From an uncultured Clostridia bacterium (GTDB lineage: Bacteria; Bacillota; Clostridia; Christensenellales; UBA1242): a DNA stretch of 64,000 bases. Location of the stretch: contig CALVTR010000004.1 of NCBI GenBank assembly GCA_944362965.1, forward strand, positions 43,601 to 107,600, written 5' to 3'. Numbering within the stretch: the stretch's first letter is position 1; the number at the start of each line of letters is the position of its first letter. Positions 9,946-23,100 of the stretch are shown one piece after another. A program made the translations under genes and the position numbers. A model generated the notes under the pieces. It was not told the DNA's origin and did no database searches. It saw only the letters and a program-made list of their open reading frames with translations.

Positions 9946-10030
9946 TGTGGCAAAGAAACTCAATTTAAATACTTAAATATCTCTATTTATTTTAAGTGAA
10001 TAATAAAACAATAAACACTCAAAATAAAGT

Positions 10031-10405
10031 ATGCTTGACATAAAGTCAAAACTTGTTCTTAAAATATTGATAAAAGAATGTCCTTATGGCTCGTATAATA
10101 TTATAGAATCTAAGGATGTTATTTCTGCACTGCCAAGTAGATACAAAGTTGACATTGAGGGACTTGAAAATATCCTTATTTTTCTTGAACGACAAGAATA
10201 CATTTCAATCAAATACGATGATGATGGAGTGTATTGCCTATGTGTGCTACCTTTTGGATATGAAGTGCTTGAAAATGAGGCAAATAAAAAACGAGAAGAT
10301 AAAAAATCTCCTCGTCTTTGGTTTTATATTGTTTTTAGTCTTCTGGCAAGTTTTCTTGGTAGCTTTCTAGGAACAGTGATTGCACATATTCTAAACCTTC
10401 ACTGA
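10031..10405 (+). CDS. Small protein with a possible winged-helix N-terminal half and a C-terminal TM helix (paralog of 7096-7458)
   Basis: 124 aa; KLVLKILIKEC..IIESKDVISAL; basic linker KKREDKK; then LWFYIVFSLLASFLGSFLGTVIAHIL. No clear SD. The 3' end overlaps the radC 3' end by 71 nt (convergent). Confidence 0.5.
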   Translation: MLDIKSKLVLKILIKECPYGSYNIIESKDVISALPSRYKVDIEGLENILIFLERQEYISIKYDDDGVYCLCVLPFGYEVLENEANKKREDKKSPRLWFYIVFSLLASFLGSFLGTVIAHILNLH

Positions 10406-11099
10406 ATATGCGTTGAATATTTTTCCTTTCCATGCTATAAATTCCATCTTTGCCTACAATAATTGAGTCAATAAGTTTGCAACCAGAGAACTTAAATGTT
10501 CCCTTCATGTTTTCATAAGAAATTTCATCTTGTGCAGAAGCGATACAACTTCCATCTGGATGGTTATGGACTAAAAATGCTGCAGGAACTTTATAAGTTG
10601 AAACAAATAGAGCTATTTCGCGCATATCTATACCAACCATATTGATTGTTCCACTTGCAAACTTTCTACCCCTAATAACTTCGCCAGCAGAGTTGACACC
10701 AAATAGGTGCAACTCTTCTTCTTTTTTATAGCGAAGTAATTGTTCAATATAGTCATAAAAGTCTCCGATAGTTTTCAGTGGCTGAGACTTTAGCTGCTCA
10801 TTTGTATAATAAGAAAAGATTTCAAGTAGTGCATGTAATTTTTGAGCAGCCATTTCGCCTATACCTTTAACTTGTTGCAAATCTTCTACAGATGCTTCGA
10901 GAACAGTTGGAATGTCATTAAAACGATCGAGCAATCTATGAGCAAGTGGATTTACGTCTCCACGCGGGAAGATATAAAAGAGAATATATTCTAAGGCTTG
11001 CACTTTGCTAAGCCCATCAAGACCAACCTTGTTAACAGTTTCAGTCAATCTTTTTCTATGTCCATCATGAATACATTTTTCTTTGGTTGTTTCTGCCAT
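10335..11099 (-). CDS. radC: RadC-like JAB/MPN domain protein
   Basis: JAMM motif HNHPDGSCIASAQD; N-terminal HhH-like part. The ORF track begins at a TTG (11117), but AAAGGAG plus ATG at 11097-11099 (MAETTKEK) is the better start, 14 nt after the giant gene's stop. Confidence 0.85.
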   Translation of the reverse strand: MAETTKEKCIHDGHRKRLTETVNKVGLDGLSKVQALEYILFYIFPRGDVNPLAHRLLDRFNDIPTVLEASVEDLQQVKGIGEMAAQKLHALLEIFSYYTNEQLKSQPLKTIGDFYDYIEQLLRYKKEEELHLFGVNSAGEVIRGRKFASGTINMVGIDMREIALFVSTYKVPAAFLVHNHPDGSCIASAQDEISYENMKGTFKFSGCKLIDSIIVGKDGIYSMERKNIQRIFSEGLEYVQSLFLESYQENLPED

Positions 11100-11113
11100 A
11101 TAAACTCCTTTTA

Positions 11114-14100
11114 TCAATCTGTCGCATTTGCTTCACTAAGAAGCTTTGCGTAATTGGAACCAGTCCAACTCTCACCATCTTCATCCTTAGGGAATTGGGT
11201 TGCATAGTCACCTGTCAATGTATAATAATTTGAAAGAGTGCTATCGTTTTCAAACTGAGTGCTAAAACCAGTATAACTTTTAGATAGACTTTCGTCAGCT
11301 GAGAATAATAATACATTTCCTATGCTTTCATCATCTTCATTTGTTCCAAATGCTCCACCCCATTTCATGCCTGTATCAAATAGAGAAACTCTAGTCATCC
11401 TGTCTCTTCTCTTTGCACCTGAAAGAGCATTAATTCCATTTAGAGATAAATTCGACCCTTCTGCAGAATCATCAGTGCCTAATATAATTTTACCAGCATC
11501 ACCAGATTGTCCTGCAGCACCCGCTTCACCTCTATCAAAATCAACAACAGCATCTGAAATATATGTTATACGCTCACTGTAAGCTGTTCCATAAGAATTG
11601 TATGTAGAACCACCTGCTCCAGCATTTCCGCCATTGCCAGGTTTTAATATAGCACTATCATAAGCAATAACGAGATCGTCATTTCTAGAAATTATAATGT
11701 CTTTTCCGGCACTACCATTTCCGCCTTGACTTCCATCTATATTAATAGAAGAGCCATTAGAACCTTTTCTTCCATCAAGTCCATTGGAAGCTGATACAAA
11801 GCCATAATACGTTACATTTGCATTTATATTATCACCGAATAACGTGATATCACTTATTCCACTAGTATCATTGCCTGCATAATTTAGATATATGTTGTTT
11901 ACATTTATCGTGGATACAACAGACGCATAAATAGTTATATTTGTATCTGAACTTTCATTAGTATTAAAAGCAGAGCCTGTATAGTTGATAATTGCTGCTG
12001 ATGAATCTGTGTAGTTATTAGTGCTTCCATAGATTGCAATATTTGCAAGTTTTGAAAGCGAATCATTGTCTTCTCCTGACAGGAATAATGCATTTCCGTA
12101 TCCATCTGCAAGGAAATTGACATCCTTTATAAATGAGTTTATACCTTCTAAACTTTGGAATATAGGTGAATTATAGTAAGAAATATAGTAACCATTTCCA
12201 ATTATGTTTATAGATGCAGGCTTATTGAACCCACCATCAACTGTTGTAAAGGATATATCATCTTGCAAGATAATTGAGAATGGATCTTTTGTTGTAACGT
12301 CACCATCTATTCTTTCTGTTATAGTAGGACTTGTATCATTGCCAGCACTATTAGTTACAGTTATCGTTGCCAAAGAGATATTCTCGCCAGAAGGATTCAA
12401 ACTATTTAAATAAATTTGATACTCTTCGCCTATAATGATATAATTTTGGTTTTCTACAAAGCTGTCTGGAGCTGTTGTTACTTCAAATTTATCTAGTTCC
12501 ACACCAAAAGAGATCGATTCTATCTGATGGCTTGGTAAGGTTATACCACTCCATGTATAGTTGATTTCATTTATTGTTGATGGACGAGAACTATCAAATG
12601 TATATCCATCTTTTATAAATATATAATCATTATCTATTCCAAGAATATCAAAATCTGAAATGTAAGGCATCCACGAATTATTTAAGAAACTAGAAACAGT
12701 AAAATTACCTATATCACTAGCTGAAGAATAGATACTCGTTCCTAAAGTAATGTTATTAATAACTTCACCTTGAATTCTTATCGTCGTTCCGTCTTCTGTT
12801 TCAGTATTTGTATACACTTGTCTATGACTACTATTATAGTATCTATAATATGTATAATCATCAGATGCGTTTTGTTTTGCCATGCTAAACACAGGATTAT
12901 TATAATTATCATAGAACAACCATTGTTCAGAACCATTGTCACCGGTATTATGCGCTACAGTCACTAAACTTGATTCATCAGAATTTAAATAGTAAGATAT
13001 TGAATCTACTGTGATTGAGTCTCTATCTTCAGAAATTGTAGCATTTACTGTAAAGTCAAAACCAGAAGCATTGGTTAGTGCTATATGCACTGTTGACGAA
13101 TCACGTGCCGCTAATTCATAAACAGGACAAACATTAACTCCGATTGTCACACTGCTTCCACGAATTTCATATCGTGACATAGTATCAAAGGATTGAGTAT
13201 AATTTCCTGTTCCTGTTATTGTCACCGAACTCAAATTTGAATAGTTGCCAGCATCAGAGTCAACATAGAACTCAAGTCCTATTGTTTCATTTTCGTTTAA
13301 ATATCTAGAATAAAGTGTTACATTGATGTCATTTAAGCTTGTGTAACAATCTTCAGTATAAGATATATCATTATAGGTTCCATAATATACTCTTATTCCA
13401 TTTAAATAATATGACTGCAATGATGATGGATTGCTGTTTAAAATATCTGAATTGAATCTAAGTTGATTTCCATCTACTACAAAATATCCACTATCATCAT
13501 TTAAACTATAATTCTTAACAGCCGTCGTGCTTGTTGTAGCAAGTCCCATTATAGCACCTGAGCTATTATATATGTTGAAAGATATGTTGTTGCGATCTAT
13601 AACTGAAGAGAATAGATCAGGTAAATTTGTAACATTATCAAAATCATTAGTAATAGCAGTGTAATTATTTAAAATTGTTTCCAACGAGCTTCTATTTAGA
13701 CTAATACTGCCAGTTCCGTTGTAGGTATATATTAGTTCTCTGCTACTTGAATTTAACTGCACTGTAAATTCATTGCCATTTATGTCTATAGTATTATACG
13801 ATGACGATTTAATCAAACCACGTGATTGTGAGTAGCCTAAAATAGGCGTGTCGTCTTCGTCTAAAATTAGAGTGTTTTCGCTGTATCTATTAAGGTTTAC
13901 TATGAACTGTGCATCTACTTGTTCAGTAGTATACGAACTTGAAAGACTAGCATAATCAGTAATGTCGCCATTTGTTATAGTTGGTGAGCCAGATGCTGAA
14001 ACCAACAGATTGTTAGTTAGGTAGTTTCTTAGAGTTGTAGCCAGAGAGCTAGCTGAAGAACTGCTGAGATCTAAATTGCTAAATCTGAATGTTAGAACGT

Positions 14101-17100
14101 CACCTGTTGCACTTAAAGTATAGCTATATGCCGATCCACTGACTGTTATTGTGCCGCTTCTAAGAGGTGACCAACCACTAGAAGAATAAGTTGCAAGGAT
14201 ATCTCCTGACCCTGACAGTGTCACATTATAAGAACTATATCCTTCCCCAGTTAAGTCAAATTCATTGGTTATATCTACTTCAATATCACTTGAATAAGTT
14301 AAGTTGGATTCAATACTACTATACCAAGAACTTAGCTCATCACCATAAGATATTGATGCATTACCATCGGCAGTGCCGCCACCTATATTACTTAAGGTTG
14401 TCTCTCCATTTCCAGATATAGAACCAAAAGAAATATCTTTTGCTGTTTCTTCTCCTTCTATCGACAGAGAATAGGTTTGATTATTAAACATGTCTATAAT
14501 TTTTGACACATTTTCTTGATAATCTTCTGCGCTTCTTCCAACTATTGAATTATTAACTAGATCTAAGTTGTTTACAGAATATCTTTCAGTTTCATCAACT
14601 ACAAGTGTTGCATTTGGAATATAAACCAACATTCCATTCTCTTCATCAACGCCGAAGAACACGAAATTTTCATTTTCTTCATCGCCGAGAACTGCTGGAG
14701 CCCCAGTAAATGCACCTTGTTTATATCCTTTTATAACTAAGTCGTAATCATTCCCAAAACCATCAAATAGACGATATCCACGAACTTCTTGATAATTGTC
14801 TAAAACATCAATCTGTATTCCAATAGCATTGTCATTTATGTAGTAGTATTTAGTATTTGACATATTGAATGTGACAGTTTGATTGTAATTAAAGTGGATA
14901 GTATAACTTATATTGCCACTAAAAGGTGTGAAGCTATAGCAAGTAAAGTTCAAACCGTCTTCAGTTACAGAGTTTACATATGTTATCAAACTATTTCCGT
15001 TACTTGTAGCAGAAACAGAGTAGTTGCTTGTATCATTTGTGTAAGGAATATTGCCTAGCGACGCTCCTTCTACTCTATAGACATACACTCCCGCATTGAA
15101 AATGGTATTTGCGTTGTTTGTGCTTACAAGATAATATTCTTGTCCATCTATTGTTGTAATTTGATCTTCACCTTCTGTTTGTTGACTGCGAGTGCTATTT
15201 TTTATTGTAGTCCCATCATAAGGGTTGCTTACTGAATTTGAAACATTGCTAATAAAGGAATAAGAATCACTATAACTATTTACATAATCCATGTAGATAG
15301 TCGTAGCATCTACAGAAACAAATTCAGAATTTGTGGCTCTATAATTATTTACAGGTCTGAAATTATCATCATTTCGCCAATTTTCATCATCATAGCCAAA
15401 CGGAGTAAAGTTACCCCACCAGCCATTATTAGCATAATCTATGTCAACAACATAATCTACCCTTACAGTAAAGCTATTTGGCAAACCAAAACTATTATAT
15501 GACTGAACATAAACTTCTGCTGAGCTGCTAGGAGCTTGAATACTGCTTGTAAAGCTTATTCTTGTTAAGAAATGACGGCTAAAAACTAAATGAAATAACC
15601 AAACACGACCATAAGTAGTATAAGTTCTTTCTCTTAAATAAGTTCCGCTTATCATATCTGACAATTCCCAACTTGCGATAGGGTCTTCAAAATCTAGCAT
15701 TGAGCCATTCATGTAGATGGATGATTCCGTTGCGTCGCGAGCTACACAATCCTTTATAGAGCCACTATTAAGATAACCTATTGCATATGCCCAAACATTA
15801 CGGTTGCTTGTTTGTTTAAGCTCAAGAGTATCTTCATTCCATCTATATTCAGTTGTTGGACTTGTGCCTAGAGCTTCGATAGAGCCTTCATTATAACATG
15901 CTGTAATCTCCGCCGTTTCTGCCATAGCAATTATACCTGCGGCATAAGAACGTCCCCTTACAACCCCACGACCATAGGTCTCGCCATTCTCTTTATTGCC
16001 TGATTTGATTGGTCCGGCATTGTATGAACCTGTTATTGAAAGGCTAGTTGCATCGCTATAACCTGCAACACCACCAACATAATAGTCACCTAAAGTTGTT
16101 GAAAGTGCTGAAGCTGATGCATAGTTTGCCATAACTGAAGTTGCGTTATAACTATAGTTGATTGCGTTATTATCGCCTACTATATGACCTACAATACCAC
16201 CGACATAATAGTTGCCTGTTGAACTTGTGCTACTAATATCATAATATACATTGATTGTGCCATAATTTGAGCTGTAGTTTATGGTTGTGTTTTCCATGCG
16301 TCCAACTAAACCACCAACTTCAATATTATCCGTATCTTTTTCTGTTTCATTGATTGTGACTGTGACAAGATTTGTTACAGTTGAGATAGTAGAATTATAT
16401 ACTTCATTGGCAAGTCCGCCAAGAACGGTATAATCTGCGTCAGTTGGATCGTCACCTTCATTGAGACCTAACACACCAAGTGCTGCAGTATTTGTTGAAC
16501 CTGAGATTGTCATATTTGAAATCTCAGCATTATAGATTGTTGTTGCAAGAACGCCTTTTTGTGAAACTGCGACATCTGTAAGTCTAAGATTTCTAACTTG
16601 AACTGTCTCGCCATCTTTTGTTCCTAAATCTTTGAAGAATGAGTTGTTGAGATTTGATAATGTGTTTTCATTGCCATCAAAATCGACAAATGCTTCGTTC
16701 ATCACTAAGCTTTCCCATTCTGCCCAATCTGTGAGTGAGATATCAATGCTATACCAGAGAACGAAATGTCCAACATTTACTTCTTCTGCTTCAGCTGTGC
16801 CATCTCCGGTTTCTCCATCTGGATTATCTGTTACAGGAGAAAGAACAGTTGTTATGCTTGACATCTTTGTAAGGATGCCTGCATGTGGAACAATATAGTA
16901 GAAGGTCTCTTCTGTTGAGCCATCAGTTCCTGCATCAGTTGAAGTGTATGTGCTTGGTCTTGTGTTATTTGGAAGTCTTGTGTAGTCATTTGATGTTACA
17001 TAATAATCATAAGTGCCTTCTTCGCCTTCACGTTGAAGCTCGCCTGCTGTTGCAAAGGATGATACTTTGGTAAATCCATATTTCAATGTTGGATAACCAT

Positions 17101-20100
17101 AGTTGAAATCATATTCGCCTTTATCAAAGAAGATTGTTGAAAGTAGTGAGCTTTCGTCAAGGACAGCATTTGAAAGCGTTGATGTGTCTTTGCGTATTAC
17201 ACTATCCGTTGCCGATTCACTTTCTATAATCAAGTCAGTTTCTAGTGCGTTATAGTCGTAATAAGAGTTTGTAAGTAAGTAGGTATCACTATCACTTCCA
17301 TCACTAAACACGCCAACTGTGCCACTTGCCGCACTTGTTCTTGTATAGTCGTCAAGCGTCATTTTAACGATAGAATATGTGTTATCTACCATTGTGTGAG
17401 AAGCACCTGAGGTCACTGCATATAGATTAGCACTGATATATGATGAAATGCTTCCTGTAGAGTAAGAATATAGAAGGAATTTTGTTGTCACGTCTGATGA
17501 GGCATTATCAAAGCCTGCAAGTCCATATACACTTCCATTTGCACCTGCTCTATAGATAATATCAAGTGACGTTGTGGCATATACAATCTTTCCTGATTGA
17601 ACATTGCCAACAAGTCCGGCAACAGTCATTGCATCAGTTCCACCTACGCTCAACTCACCTTTGACTTGAACTGCGTATACTGTTGCGTTGTCTGTCATTG
17701 TGTTTGCAAGACCTGCAAATGTTCTTTCTCCATCGTCGTTATTTGCATTGACGTCAACATTTACAACAAGACCAGAGACATAAGAGAAGCCACTTAATGT
17801 ATCTATAAGAGACTTTTGATCTGTGCTGCTATTGCTGTCAAGTGAATAATCGATTTCATAGCCATCGCCTATTATAGCCACATTCTTAAGGTTATTTCTT
17901 TGATATGTTGTTGTGCCAATGTTTGTGTTATGACCAATATTTAACTGGCTTGTAAACGCCGAGCTGTTTGTGTCAATCACATAGTATGCCATACCATTTG
18001 TTAGAGTTGGAGTTTGAGCCTCTCCTGTTGTGGTTGCACTCAAAACAATAGGGCTAAGTTTTTGACCTGCAACATGACCTGTTTCGCTTCCACTTCGCTC
18101 GTAGAGATTATAACTATTAAATAGACTTACAAGGTTTGTGTTTCCATCTGCGAATGTATTTAAACTTGTCTTTTCGCCATTATAGCCATATCCATCAGCA
18201 AGATATGGTAAATAATATCCAACGTCTGTGCCTAAGTCATCGATAGTAAGAGTGACGAGTGAACTATAATAGTTGTCTTGAATAGTTGAATCTTCAGACG
18301 GCAATGTTCCAAATAGTGCATTATTTGTGCTGTCATCTACTTCAACATACCTTACATTATGGCTTGTTACCAATGAATAGTTAAGTGTGGCTTGAATTTT
18401 ATATGGGTTTTGTCCTTCAGTGCCTGAAGAAATTTCGCCAAGAACCCCACCAAATATATAACTTCCAAGTTCACTTAGAGTATTTCTACCTGCAACATAT
18501 TCATCGTATTCAACAAATACGTCGCCATAGTTATAGTTGTTAGTTATAGTTACGTTGACTTGTTCTGCATTGTAACTGCTTGTGCTTGAGAGTAATGCAC
18601 CAACAGTTCCGCCTGCAACAACTTCTTCTGAAGTTGAACCAAATACTTTTAGTGCGCCGCCAAATACACCATTTTGAATAGTTAAACTATCGTTAACGTT
18701 AGAGAAGTATACCCCGCCGACTATTCCACCAAAGTTGATAGAATGGGCGTTAGAGAACACGGCTCCGATATAATTTATAGTATTTTGAGAAGTGTTGCCA
18801 ATTTGCGATTTAGATGCAAGTGCTGGAGAATCTGGGGCTGTTACATCTTGAGAAGATACTATGCTTCCTATCATTCCACCAACATTTGCTTCGGTGTAGT
18901 CTGTGCTGCTTCCTGTTTGAGAAACAACAATGTTTGCTTTTGAAACAATATTATTTGTGACTACTAGCGTGTCTGTTGCATTGGCATCTGTTGCACTGAC
19001 TGCCGAGAACTTACCTATCAATGAGCCAACATTGAGCTCTTTGTTTTGCGGCGTGCTTATTCTGATAAATTCGCCATTATCATTGAGTTTTGTAAATACT
19101 GATGCACTGCCGCTGAATGTAAATCTAGCATCTGTATGTCCAACAAGAACGCCGACATTAGCATTGCCATTTATTGCAACCATACGCTTTGCATATTGAG
19201 CGGTGTCATCTGAATAAGAAATAAAGCTATCTTTTGTAAATTCGTCTGAAGTAGAGCTTCCCCTTACATAAGCTTCAACTGCAAAGTTTATTGTGTCTAT
19301 ATTTCTTATATTTGTTGCATTTTGACTTAACTCACCCGCAAAGCCACCTGCATATAAGTTGTTTATAGATGCACCAGACTGAACATAAAGTCCACCATCA
19401 AGGACAGAGTTATTTAGGTTGACACTATCTATTGTCGTTGAGTTTTGACCGAATACAAGACCTGCATAGACATTTTCAGTTACTCTTACGCCCGATAAAA
19501 TTCTTAAGTCAAGTTCAAGAGAAATTGAAGCACCGCCATAGTTGCTGATATTATTTACACCTTGATTATTGCCAATTACGCCACCCATATGGAGATTGCT
19601 TATCTCAAGATTTGAAGTTACAATTATACCTTGATTTGTGTCATTTACTGATGATGATGTTCCTGATTTAGTTATATTGTTTATAGTAACTCTTGCACTC
19701 AAGGCAATATCATCTCTTGTTGTTAAACCAAAGTATCCACCTATATTAACTTCGCCTAAACTGCGTCTACTAGAAGAGCCGCCACTTAGCGTTATTAAAT
19801 CGCCATTGAACTCATATTCTATTCCTTCAATTCTTAGGATTGATATTGAGCTACGTTGATAAAGCGTTCCGGCTAAGAAGCCTATATTTACGTTAGGCAT
19901 ATTGCTGTTTGTTGCAGGAGCAGTGATATTTACAATCGAGCTTCCGCTGCCTATTCGACTTGAAGTGATTGTTATATTTGATAGGGTTGAACTTGTGATT
20001 ACTGGAGCAATAATACCAAAATTATAATCACTTGAGCTATCTAAAATTGTAGATGTTACACGAGAATTTATTTCAATTCTTAGGTTTGAAAGTGTTGCTT

Positions 20101-23100
20101 CTGAAAGTCCACCAACAGAGAATAAGCCTGCATTGTTATTGCCGTTGGCATTTATCGTTATATTAGAGCTATTGCCTGTGTAATATTCAATTTCTACATT
20201 ATTCATATAGAAACCAGCACCTGTTGAATCTATAAAACTCTCTGAAGATATAATTCTTACTCTTTCGCCTTGCCTATCGCCACTTGTTACAATATATTCT
20301 TCACTACCTATAATCGAACCTGAGAAACCAGAGATAGGCTGAATCAAACCGCTGCTAAGATAAGGTCTAAGGTCAATATCTTCATAACTATCATCACTAT
20401 CAGGAGATGTTCTTCCTCTGACAACTACGGTCAAATCATTATTTGAAGTCTGCAATCTTTCAAATACAGAGACAATACTTTCTTCATAAGCATCAAGGTA
20501 GATATAATTTGAAGAGCGTTGATATCTTATTGATGGGAAAAGTTCGTCAGTGTCATGAACCCAGTGAACAGCTTCCCATGCACCAGAACTTAAGAATGCC
20601 TGTTGAGTATATGTATGCCCAACGGTTGAATTTGTAAAGTTTGTTGGAGAGGCTATAGCATAGACAAGGGAATCTTCTTCTGTGCTGATTGAGCCATTTA
20701 CGTCACCAAACAAATTCATTGTTATTCTGAAACTATTGAATGAATAGCTGTCATAGAAGGCAACTGTTGGAATTAAACCAAGTGCTGTGCCTGTGCTATT
20801 GGTTGAAGTAAGTTGAATAATTTCAATATATGATGAGTAGTTATCTATAGTTAAATCTATATCATTATTGTTTGCAATATCACTAGCTTCGTTGAAGGCA
20901 GAGCCTAAAATAAGGTTTGTCTTGTATGTATATGAGATATTCATTGCTTGAGTTACAGGCAAATACTCTTCTGTTTGGTAATCATAGTTAGCAATCTCGT
21001 TGACAGAGTTTACAGCAAGGAGTGCAATTCTGTTGCCAGAGCCTATTGATACACCAATTATACCGCCTGCAGTCATGATACTGCTATTGCCATCTTGTCT
21101 TGCACGGACATCACCTGACGCATATACTTCATTTATAAAGTATTTTGTGTATGTGCCGTCTGTAAGTAATTCCGTTGAAACTTGATATGTAGATGTGCCA
21201 GATAAATCAATGCCACCAATCACACCACCTGCAAAGTCTGCCGATGGGCTTGTTACATTCAATTTCGAATAAGATATTTCAAGTTTGCCAGAGCCAACAT
21301 AGCCCGCAATTCCACCAATATATAACTGAGAATAGCTGCTATTTGCAAGATAGAAGATATCAAGGGCTCCCCTTTCTGCTGTGGTGTCTCCGTTATAGAA
21401 GGATTGAATACTATTTTCAATATTAGACTGGGTTGAATCATCATAAGCTGAATAAATTCTGCTTAAAGCACCAAATGATTGTCCAACAACGCCACCTGCA
21501 AAATACTTAGTTGCTATGATATGTGACTGGTTCTCAGCTGTCGTGCCTGTGATATTTATTCCTGCATCACGAACGTTTGTCTGGAAGCCTGTGAGACCAA
21601 AGATACCGCCGGCTACCTGCCCTTGAACGTATACAGTTCCGCTTACTCTGATATTATTTATTGAATAATCTTCTGCTTGATTGATATTGAAGTTTCTTGA
21701 AGTTGTTGAGAAGTTATCTGCAAAGCCAAGGACAGAACCCGCATAAGAATAATTGCTTAGTTGTGTTATAACTGAAGATGAGATTGTTGTGTTATAGTTT
21801 AAGCTGTTTCTGATATCATTGCGTATTCCATTTAATTTTTCAATGTCAAAGTATGCATTTTGAGCTGATTGAGAATATCTATCAGCAACAACATAAGGGT
21901 CAGTTACAACAATATTTTTAATAACACTATTGCCAAATGAGAAGCCTACAAGTCCACCTACAAAGTTTAGACCTGTGACTTGAGAGTTTTCGTTGAATGT
22001 TATTTCAATATTTACAATAATAGAGTCCTTAATGTATCCAGCAAGACCGCCCACCATAACAGCGTCACCAGCTACAACTTGATTTATTTCAAGATTTAAG
22101 TTGCTTATAAGTGGAACAGAGCCGTTTCTGCTCTCAACAGAAGCAAATAATCCATAAGCCACATCGCTTTCTTCTGAGGCTATTGATATATTTGAAATTG
22201 TAAATCCATTGCCGTATAGTCTTCCTGCAAAAGCTTTTGTTGTTGATGGAAGAATTATAGATTCACTTACAGTTGAAAGGTCAATATCAGCAACCATTCT
22301 ATAGCTGCCCCATACAACACTGCTATTATAGTTTTGAGATATAGGAGTTGATGACGAATTGCCCATAACTTCTACAAAATCTTGAGCACTTGTTATTAAT
22401 ATTGGGTTGTTGCTTGAGCCAAGAGCCGTGTCTATTTCACGAGAAGAATCTGTGAACTGCAAGATTGCATATCTAAAGATATATTCACCCTGCTCATTTT
22501 CTGCTGTCACTCCTTCATAGCCTGAATTTTCATCAAGATAGTAGGCATATCTATGTGAATATGACTGTAGGTTTGGCTCTATAAGAGTTACACCTTCTTC
22601 TGTTATTTGCCATACGCCATCACTTTCGCCATCTGCAACTGCAAAGCCGTAGAAGTATGAAGATACAGCTGGGTTTGGTATTAGAATTGCACCTGTGCCA
22701 TATTGTGACTCTACTGTGCCATCGTCTGACATTTCACCACTATAACGTTTATTAAAGAAGTAGCAATTTGTATATGTTCCATTAGCAAGCAAGTCACCAT
22801 TTTCGTCAACACCTGAGAAGTTCATTTGCGTTGCTCTTGAGTTTGCAATTTGTGATGCTGAATAGCATGCCTCTATCGTGCCTGTGTTTTCGTATACAAA
22901 ACCTGATGCAAAGTATACACGCACTGTATCAGTTGAGTTTGCAATTAAAATATTTGAATAGCTGTTTTGAATTGTGCCTAAGTTGTTGTTTACAAAGCCA
23001 GCAATTACGCCAAGTCTTGATTTTAGTGAAGAGCCTTCAAATGCATAGATTGAATAACTGCTATCATCTGCGAGACTGTCATCGTTTGGCACACCTTCAA

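Larger units (their letters stand above)
9176..9957. repeat. Composite G+C-enriched modular repeat block R1 (no credible ORF)
   Basis: Homologous to 55086-56247. Contains direct M units (CCGCTCT at 9279, 9343, 9434), a three-hairpin core, a promoter-like box, inverted M units at 9707-9856 and a second three-hairpin unit. Confidence 0.85.

Noticed and set aside
9176-9957. The possibility that R1/R2 are copies of a known large ornate RNA (OLE, GOLLD, ROOL, HEARO/omega RNA).
   Set aside because: I recognise none of their conserved sequence blocks. The module number differs between the two copies, which argues against one fixed ornate fold. No IscB/TnpB or OLE-associated gene is adjacent. I cannot formally exclude this without an Rfam/Infernal scan.
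10116-10370. An 84-aa ORF in an alternative frame inside 10031-10405.
   Set aside because: It is nested in the longer ORF whose product has a clear paralog at 7096-7458. The alternative frame has no paralog, no RBS and an odd composition.
11100-11117. The TTG start for radC that overlaps the giant gene's stop codon, as listed in the ORF track.
   Set aside because: An ATG with a canonical AAAGGAG RBS lies 6 codons downstream (11097-11099), just after the giant gene's stop. The overlap is an artefact of taking the longest ORF.
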